From positions 23,661 to 87,660 of the forward strand of contig CASEVJ010000011.1 of assembly GCA_949291365.1 (NCBI GenBank): DNA of 64,000 nt, given 5' to 3'. Below the pieces are notes generated by a model that was given only the letters and a program-made list of their open reading frames with translations, was not told the DNA's origin and searched no databases. Numbering within the stretch: position 1 is the first letter of the stretch; every line of letters begins with the position of its first letter. Position numbers and translations under genes: made by a program. The DNA comes from an uncultured bacterium (GTDB lineage: Bacteria; Elusimicrobiota; Elusimicrobia; Elusimicrobiales; Elusimicrobiaceae). Of the stretch, positions 57,193 through 64,000 are shown piece by piece.

Positions 57193-59403
57193 CTATTTGT
57201 TTTCCCCTTCGTTTTGTTTGTTTTTGCTTTTAAACAAAGAGGTAATTCCTTTTACTGCGTTTGTGGCGGCGCCCACCGTATCTTTTACTGCATTTTTGCT
57301 TACTTCTACTGCGTTTGCGCCGATATCAGCCGTTTTATTGACTACGGCTTTGGCGGCATTGCCGGTGCCGGTAACGGCATCTACGGCAGTCTGGGGTTTG
57401 AGCAAGCCCTTGACTAATGAGGTTGCCGTGTCGGCTACGTCCAGTTTGCCGGAAGGATCACTTAATGTGCCGCCAATTTTGACGACAATAGGCGTCTGGG
57501 ACGTCAGCACACTGGCGGATACACGCATATCCAGTGCTTCCGTTTTGAAATTGATATTGCCGCTAGCTTCAATATCGCTTACAGCAGTATCAAAATGCGT
57601 TTCTTGCACGGTCATCAGCCCGTTGGTGAATGCGTAGCTGCCAGACCCGGAGGAGAAGGTGATGTTCCCTTTATTTTCGCCTTCTGGTTTCGGGAAAATA
57701 TCCAATCCCAGGGCCGTTGTCACTTTATTCACTAATGTCAGCGGCAACATTAGAATTTTAACAATGCGGTTTTGGCGCACAAACTGTCCCAAATCCGTTA
57801 CCGCTCCCTCTTCCAATGAGAAAGACACGGTTCCGCCGGCGTTTTTCATTGTGGCGCTGGCTTTGGTTAAATCCGCTTTTAAGTGAACACCCTGGGTTGT
57901 GAAATACGGCACGGTAATCGGGCCCAGATTAATGTTTGCGCGAACATTAAACAATGTCTCCGGGCCGTCGGAAGCTGCCGCCAGGGACGTTTCGCTTTCT
58001 TCTGCGGAAGCAGCGGTTTGGGCGCTCTCTTCCCCAAAAGAGGGCAGCGTGTCCAGCGTAAGTTTGTCCAAGTCAAAATCCAGGGCCAAATCCAGCACCG
58101 AGCCCAGATTTTTATAGGCAAACGAGGTGGAGAATTTCTCTTGGTTAAGTAGCCCTGTCAGTGAAGCGCAGGAAATATCAGCCAGTGAGTTAATGACAAT
58201 ATCACCCATCATATCGGCTAAAGTCAGCGGGTTATAGCGCAAGGTCAGTTTATTAAGTGTTATTTTGCCGCGGACGTCCTGTCCATTGTTTTTATCCGTA
58301 GCAGTTAAATTTCCTGTAATGGTGCCGCCAATGCCATAGCCGGAGAGCATCTGGGCCATTTGGGCCACTTGCTGCATGTTGATATTGATGTCGGCACTCA
58401 TGTTGTAGGTAGGCGCTTTTTCTCCCCAGCCGGCATTGCCTTTGACCGTGATGGCAGAGTCAGACAAAGAGAGCTTGGCCTGTTTAAGCGTGGCCGAAGA
58501 TGTATCCAAATTCGCTTCCGCCGAGGCCGTGAACAACAAGTCCGGCAGCACAAAATCCGGCAAATCCGGCAGAATATCCGTCAAAGCGGTATTGGAAACG
58601 CCGGTAATTTTGCCGGTTAAGTCCACAACCGGCGCCGTTAAATTTTTGGCCCCGCCCCATACGGAAACTTGAATATTTTTGTAAGCCAGTGATAAGCTGT
58701 TTAACGTTACCTGGGCTTTGGCCATATCCAGCCCGGCCAAGTTGGCTTTCAGGCGGGCGTTGAAAGGCACCGTTACGGCCAGCCCGGCCCAGTCTTTATA
58801 GTCGGTAGTGAAAGAGAGCGAAACATCAAATTCCTCATCTAAACTAAAACCGGTAATCTCCAAATTCAAGTGGGTAATGGAGGCATCCATGCCGCTTTGG
58901 GCGTCTTTGTAATGCAAATTGCAGTTGGTGGCGTAAATCCGATGAGCCAGCAAAACAAAGTCCGAAGCGGAGGTGTCCGTCTGGGGTTGTTCTTCTGCCG
59001 GCTGGTCGGTGGAGGTAATTAAATCGTCAAAGTTAAACACTCCGTTCTTGTCTTTGCTTACGTTTACGTCCAGCCCTTCCAAGCCAATGGTGCCTATTTC
59101 AATGCGTTTTTGGAAAAGAGGTTTAAAAGCGATTTTTACGACGGCTTTATCCGCCTTGGCAAAAGTGCCGTCGGCGAAAGTGCCCCTTTCGGATATGGCA
59201 AAATCTTGCAGCGTAATGCCGATTAAGTTGAAGGAAACCCCGTCAAAATTAACTTCGCGGTGCAAGGTTTGCTGGGCATAATTTTGCGCCAGGGATTTGA
59301 TTTTCTCCGGCGGGAACATGATTTTAAGCGTAATCAGCGCCGCAATCAGTAACACGACGGCCACAGCCGCCAGAACAGCTATCCATTTTAGTAGTTTTTT
59401 CAT
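57193..59403 (-). CDS. AsmA-family protein
   Basis: N-terminal TM, beta-taco-type repeats, C-terminal GNINF...VKIGGTLSDP. Confidence 0.85.
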   Translation of the reverse strand: MKKLLKWIAVLAAVAVVLLIAALITLKIMFPPEKIKSLAQNYAQQTLHREVNFDGVSFNLIGITLQDFAISERGTFADGTFAKADKAVVKIAFKPLFQKRIEIGTIGLEGLDVNVSKDKNGVFNFDDLITSTDQPAEEQPQTDTSASDFVLLAHRIYATNCNLHYKDAQSGMDASITHLNLEITGFSLDEEFDVSLSFTTDYKDWAGLAVTVPFNARLKANLAGLDMAKAQVTLNSLSLAYKNIQVSVWGGAKNLTAPVVDLTGKITGVSNTALTDILPDLPDFVLPDLLFTASAEANLDTSSATLKQAKLSLSDSAITVKGNAGWGEKAPTYNMSADININMQQVAQMAQMLSGYGIGGTITGNLTATDKNNGQDVRGKITLNKLTLRYNPLTLADMMGDIVINSLADISCASLTGLLNQEKFSTSFAYKNLGSVLDLALDFDLDKLTLDTLPSFGEESAQTAASAEESETSLAAASDGPETLFNVRANINLGPITVPYFTTQGVHLKADLTKASATMKNAGGTVSFSLEEGAVTDLGQFVRQNRIVKILMLPLTLVNKVTTALGLDIFPKPEGENKGNITFSSGSGSYAFTNGLMTVQETHFDTAVSDIEASGNINFKTEALDMRVSASVLTSQTPIVVKIGGTLSDPSGKLDVADTATSLVKGLLKPQTAVDAVTGTGNAAKAVVNKTADIGANAVEVSKNAVKDTVGAATNAVKGITSLFKSKNKQNEGENK

Positions 59404-59655
59404 ATATAAATTATAACACTTTCCCCCGCTGCACCGGGCAAAGAATGGGATTATAAGGCAAATATCCTGCTCCCTTTTTCAAACTCTTGGGGGCGGGCTC
59501 TGGCTAGGTGAGCCGTCCGGAGCGGGCGGTTTTAGGGCTTTTCCTCTTGGAAAATATTCCGCCGGCTTTTCGTTTTCCCTGCGTATATAGCGCAATAAAA
59601 ATCCCCGGGTTTGCCCGGGGGTTTTGTAGGGAAATCTCCGGCTGGGCCGGGGAAT

Positions 59656-59946
59656 TTATTTTTTATGGTCTTTGAAATCGCCCACGTCTATCACATCTTC
59701 TTTATTCGGCGGCGTCAGCCCGGAGCGGTATTTGCGGATATCCTGCCGTATCATAGCCAACACTAACAGCAGGAAAGTAGCGTCATCTGTAATGCCTAAA
59801 AGAGGCATTACATCCGGCAGGAAATCCACCGGGCTGATAATATAGACCACACAAAGCAGCGCGAGCAAAAACGTTTTCCACGGGAACGGATACCGCCCCT
59901 GGCATATTGCCCCAATCATAGAGAAAAAGTCTTTTATGTCGCGCAT
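59656..59946 (-). CDS. DUF1232 (YkvA) family protein
   Basis: YIISPVDFLPDVMPLLGITDD. Confidence 0.9.
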   Translation of the reverse strand: MRDIKDFFSMIGAICQGRYPFPWKTFLLALLCVVYIISPVDFLPDVMPLLGITDDATFLLLVLAMIRQDIRKYRSGLTPPNKEDVIDVGDFKDHKK

Positions 59947-59956
59947 AGAGTTCCTG

Positions 59957-61759
59957 TTATGCCAGCGGTTGGTCAGACACCGGGCCCGGCATGCCGGACA
60001 ACGATTTCATATCCGGCTGGGCTTCTTCTGCTTTCATGTGCAGAATGGTTTCCGTGATACGCATGGCATAATCCCCCATGCGTTCAAAGTTGTTTAAAAT
60101 ATCGCCGTAAGCCGTGATAGAGGACGGCGTGGCCTGCTGCCCCTGTGAAATGCGTACATTGCGTTCTTCGCGCAGTGTTTTGCGCATGGCATTGAGCTCG
60201 TTTTCATTTTTGACGGCGGCTTTAAACATGTTTTCCGCTTCTCCCGTCCGGTGCGGGTTGGGGAACTGCAAAATCACTTCGCGGGTATTGCGGATAATTT
60301 CTTTGGTCTTTCTGGCCATAGATTCCATATTTTGCAAGTCCTTCTCGTTGAAAGAAGGAGGATTGGTGTTATGGAATTTTTCCAGAATTTTGGCAATTTT
60401 TTCTCCGCAATCGCCCATTCCTTCTATGCTGTTGGTTAGGTCAAACAGGGCCACCGTCTGTGCAACGGCGTGACGGGAGAGGTTGCCGTGGCTCATTTGC
60501 GTCAGATAACTGTTAATTTTGTGCTCCAGTACGTCTGTCGTTTTTTCGGCGTCTTTGGCGTCGGAAATCAGACGCTCAAAGAGTTTGTTGTCGTCAGTTT
60601 TAAGCGCGTGCAGCAGCTTGTCGGTCAGTTTGGACACAAAGCTCATCATGCGTTCCACTTCTTTGCGCGCCGTCAGCACGGCCAATTCCGGCGTTTGGTT
60701 AAAGCGCGTATTGAGGTAGACCAATTCGCTGTCCTGGTGTTTGTCTTCCCGTTTGGTTTTGGGGATAATCAGCAAGGTCAGTTTGGCCAGCTGTTTGAGC
60801 AGCGGCAGCATGATAATGGTGTTAAGCACGTTGAATACGGTATGGAAAGCCGAAATATGATAGGGCAGAACCGAATTCAAGGTTTCCGGATCGGTCATAT
60901 AAGGCGAACCTGGCACCAGCCAGTCAATTAACGCAATAAAATGCTTGAAAATCAAGCTTACCCATATCACACCTATAAAGTTGAACAAGAAATGCCCCAT
61001 GGCGGCCCGCTGGGCAGTTTTGGTAGCCCCCAGGGCAGCCAGATTGGCGGTAATGGTGGTGCCAATATTTTCCCCCAGCACCAGTGCGCAGGCAGTCGGG
61101 AAATTAATAATACCGGCCGCGGCGCAGGTAAGCGTCATGGCCATGACCGCGCTGGAAGACTGCAGTATCATGGTCAGTATCGTGCCGGTAAAAATCAGCA
61201 GGATTAAGGTCAGAGCGCTGTCTGGGGTAAATTTGGAGAGCCATTCCACCACAAACGGGCTTTGGGCAAAATCGGCTGGGATGGCGTTTTTCATAATGTC
61301 TAATCCCAGGAACAATAAACCAAAGCCAAACAGCCCTTCCGCCGCCCGCCGTACAGCCACCCATTTAGAGGGCAGGAACTGGCAGAAAAACCCTATGGCA
61401 ATTACCGGTAGGGCAAAGAGAGATATTTGTATTTTAAATCCAAATAAGCTTACAATCCACGCCGTCATCGTGGTTCCAATATTGGCTCCGAAAATGACGC
61501 CTAAGGACTGGTAGAGGTTAAGCAACCCCGCACTGGCAAAGCCCACCACCATAACGGTCGTAGCGCTGGATGACTGGATAATAGAGGTTACCAGCATACC
61601 AGAGAATGTGGCCGCAATCCGGTTAGTTGTGGCGATAGACAACATTTGACGCATCTTAACGCCGGCCATTTTTTGCAGACCGTCGCTCATGATTTTCATG
61701 CCGTATAGGAAAACCGCCAGGCCTCCCAATACGTTTAGTGTTATTAGCACTGTGTTCAT
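59957..61759 (-). CDS. Na+/phosphate cotransporter family protein with PhoU-like C-terminus
   Basis: IQSSSATT and LQSSSA repeats, GANIGTT/GENIGTT, ERMGD. Confidence 0.92.
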   Translation of the reverse strand: MNTVLITLNVLGGLAVFLYGMKIMSDGLQKMAGVKMRQMLSIATTNRIAATFSGMLVTSIIQSSSATTVMVVGFASAGLLNLYQSLGVIFGANIGTTMTAWIVSLFGFKIQISLFALPVIAIGFFCQFLPSKWVAVRRAAEGLFGFGLLFLGLDIMKNAIPADFAQSPFVVEWLSKFTPDSALTLILLIFTGTILTMILQSSSAVMAMTLTCAAAGIINFPTACALVLGENIGTTITANLAALGATKTAQRAAMGHFLFNFIGVIWVSLIFKHFIALIDWLVPGSPYMTDPETLNSVLPYHISAFHTVFNVLNTIIMLPLLKQLAKLTLLIIPKTKREDKHQDSELVYLNTRFNQTPELAVLTARKEVERMMSFVSKLTDKLLHALKTDDNKLFERLISDAKDAEKTTDVLEHKINSYLTQMSHGNLSRHAVAQTVALFDLTNSIEGMGDCGEKIAKILEKFHNTNPPSFNEKDLQNMESMARKTKEIIRNTREVILQFPNPHRTGEAENMFKAAVKNENELNAMRKTLREERNVRISQGQQATPSSITAYGDILNNFERMGDYAMRITETILHMKAEEAQPDMKSLSGMPGPVSDQPLA

Positions 61760-61835
61760 TTTTTCTCCTTTTTATTTTTATCCTTTTTGATAACTGCAAA
61801 AAAGGGAGGGCCCGAACGGGCTCTCCCTTTCAAAA

Positions 61836-62699
61836 TCATTGTTCCGCCGCCTCAAGCGAGGGCTTATTGTCCGTCTGCTCAGTCAGCAGGCCTGCGCTGC
61901 TGCGGTCTAAATACAAAGCAATAAGCGGTATCTGTACCACCAACATAATTAACGCCAGCACCGGTATCCCTAATATACCGAAAATCCATGCCAACTGTGG
62001 CAGTGCCAGCGTAGCGATAAACGTCACTAGCCACAATGCTGCCGTTGCCGTCAGGGATATGACACTTGAAATGATAGTCAGCACAAGCAAAAGCCCCAGC
62101 GTTCTCCAAAAATATCCTTTTACCAGGCGGAAAGATGTATATAGGGAGCCCAAAACTCCTTGTTCGCTTAATATCAGCGGATAAGGGAACAAAGCCATAT
62201 ACACCATAACTATTGCCCATATCACCATAGCCACCATGAAATAAAGCGCTAGTGCTATAGCCAGTATTTCCGGAGTGAAGCCCACCGCATACAATACAGC
62301 AGCTCCAGCCAGCGCCGCCAGAAGCAACACAATACTCAAGGCCAGTATAAGCAAGAAGCTCCCCCACACCACACGCCAAAAACGCGGCCAAGAGTCTTTC
62401 AGGGCCTGAAGCGGAGAAGGAGAGCGTTTGCATACAAACAAGACCAAAGCCGTTAAGAAAAACGTGCCGGCCAGCATAGAACCTATAGCGGCCACTAAGA
62501 CGCGGAAGGGATATTGCTGCTGCATGGCACTTTGTGTAATAGGGTTAAATCCAAATAAAAGCCCCATCAGCAGCCAGTTGAAGGCCGGGCCGAAGCAGGC
62601 CAGCAGAAAGAAAGGTGCAAAACGGTTCTTAATTTCCTGATAAGAACGGGATAACAGTTCCGATAGCGTCAACAGTGAAACCTCATTCGGTGTTTTCAT
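61836..62699 (-). CDS. Hypothetical multi-pass membrane protein
   Basis: About 6 TM; SLYTSFRLVKGYFWRTLG motif; paralogue of the upstream gene. Confidence 0.75.
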   Translation of the reverse strand: MKTPNEVSLLTLSELLSRSYQEIKNRFAPFFLLACFGPAFNWLLMGLLFGFNPITQSAMQQQYPFRVLVAAIGSMLAGTFFLTALVLFVCKRSPSPLQALKDSWPRFWRVVWGSFLLILALSIVLLLAALAGAAVLYAVGFTPEILAIALALYFMVAMVIWAIVMVYMALFPYPLILSEQGVLGSLYTSFRLVKGYFWRTLGLLLVLTIISSVISLTATAALWLVTFIATLALPQLAWIFGILGIPVLALIMLVVQIPLIALYLDRSSAGLLTEQTDNKPSLEAAEQ

Positions 62700-63844
62700 A
62701 ACGGTTTATCCGATATTTTAATAGTTTGCGGTTCGTCGTTTTCCTTGCGTTGGGCGGATTGTTCCTGTTGTTTGCGCATCTGTTCTTCATTTTCCGCCAG
62801 CTGTTTAGCCATATCTTCATCAAACAAAATGGTCGGCATGCGGTCTTCTTCCTGTTCCAGCGTCTGGGCCAAGTGTTCTTGTGCGCGGTAGACCTGGTCT
62901 AAATGGCGGGCTGTATCCGGGTCAGCATCGGAGTCAGTGCGTATGGAGGCCTGCTTCAATGTGACCCCTTCCGCCAGCGTATTGGTGGCGGAGGCAGGTT
63001 GGGAGGCGTCTGCTTGTTCGGCGGGTTGGGATTCCCGGTTTACCCCACTGCGGCAAGCATAGTCCAAACTTAAAAATAACCCAGTGAAAAAGGCCTGCAC
63101 CGTAAGCGTGATGTACAAATAAATCAGACAAACGACAATCACAGCGGTTATCGTTGTGGCGGAGGGCTGAAGTAAAAATAAAGGGTTTACCTGGCTCATC
63201 AACAAAAGCATTATTTGCGGGGCCGTCGCTTTGATAATACATACCGCCGCCAATCCTAAAAACAGGGCTAACACGAACAGCCCGGCCATATAGCATATAA
63301 TGCGGACATAGTATTTGGCGGCCAATTCCCAGCTGTAGCGCAAGGCAGTAAAGGGGCCTTCATCGCGCAGGGCAATGGCATGCAGCGTAAAGAGGAAAGG
63401 AAGCATGGCGAAAAACAATGCTATTGTACAAATAGCCACTACAGCCGAAGAGTTGGCCAGCTGCGCCGCAAAGAGCACCGCATACCACGCCGCTGTTAAA
63501 AGCACTGAGCTGATACAAAAGTAGATTGCCGGAATAAAAGAGCCAGACAGCCCTTCCCAGGCCGAAAAGCCCCTCTGTTCTATTTTGGCGGCTAAAATTT
63601 GGGTGCTGGCCGTCAGAAAAACAAAATATAGTAAGGTGCCGAATATGAGTATGGGAATGTAAAGCACCAGGGTAATCTGCGGGCCGAAGAAAAAGCTGGC
63701 TCCCATTATAATCCCCGCGCACATCGCTATAATCAGTCCCAGCAACAGAACCAAAGCCAATACAGAGCCAAAGGCCTGATTGGCCACTTTTAACGAGTGG
63801 AATAAAAGCGAAAAGAAAGGAATAGGGCCGTTTCTAATTTCCAT
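62696..63844 (-). CDS. Hypothetical multi-pass membrane protein with an acidic cytoplasmic tail
   Basis: About 6 TM; ALRYSWELAAKYYVRI motif; ATGA overlap with the downstream paralogue. Confidence 0.75.
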   Translation of the reverse strand: MEIRNGPIPFFSLLFHSLKVANQAFGSVLALVLLLGLIIAMCAGIIMGASFFFGPQITLVLYIPILIFGTLLYFVFLTASTQILAAKIEQRGFSAWEGLSGSFIPAIYFCISSVLLTAAWYAVLFAAQLANSSAVVAICTIALFFAMLPFLFTLHAIALRDEGPFTALRYSWELAAKYYVRIICYMAGLFVLALFLGLAAVCIIKATAPQIMLLLMSQVNPLFLLQPSATTITAVIVVCLIYLYITLTVQAFFTGLFLSLDYACRSGVNRESQPAEQADASQPASATNTLAEGVTLKQASIRTDSDADPDTARHLDQVYRAQEHLAQTLEQEEDRMPTILFDEDMAKQLAENEEQMRKQQEQSAQRKENDEPQTIKISDKPL

Positions 63845-64000
63845 GAATATGTCCTTTGTCTTATCAGTATTATAGCAAAATCCGTACGCGCACGCGCGCT
63901 CAATTTTAAACGGCCGCTTATGAGGCCGTCCGGCAGTTGTGCTAGCGGGTAGCCAGCGCCCGCGCCGCCGCCGCAGCCGAGGCCCATGCCCAGTGCAAAT

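Overview
Mostly core or housekeeping chromosome of a diderm, probably anaerobic gut bacterium. Gene content and style suggest Elusimicrobiota; this is inference, not a database result. It has about 55 CDS: a MacAB-like ABC exporter, an ECF sigma/anti-sigma operon, a Chlamydia-type aaxABC arginine decarboxylase operon, LTA-synthase-like proteins, an FeoA-FeoB fusion, pepT, hydE, secG, pgk, gap, groES-groEL, a Ser/Thr kinase with a PP2C phosphatase, AsmA and a Na/Pi cotransporter. There are two tRNAs (Arg-TCT, Leu-GAG) and a 56-aa ferredoxin missing from the ORF track. I found no integrase, transposase, cas gene or CRISPR array. The most unusual signal is at 44534-44793: three copies of the pgk 3' end at an exact 112-nt period. 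The copies differ mostly at synonymous sites, and each junction can fold into a long hairpin. A similar 220-nt gene-end duplication follows tRNA-Leu. Both may be tiny non-autonomous integrative elements. Other points of interest are several apparent pseudoenzymes, a tandem PC4 protein, a GYF-domain membrane protein with a long repeat linker, a HEPN-like protein and an unassigned helical-repeat protein.
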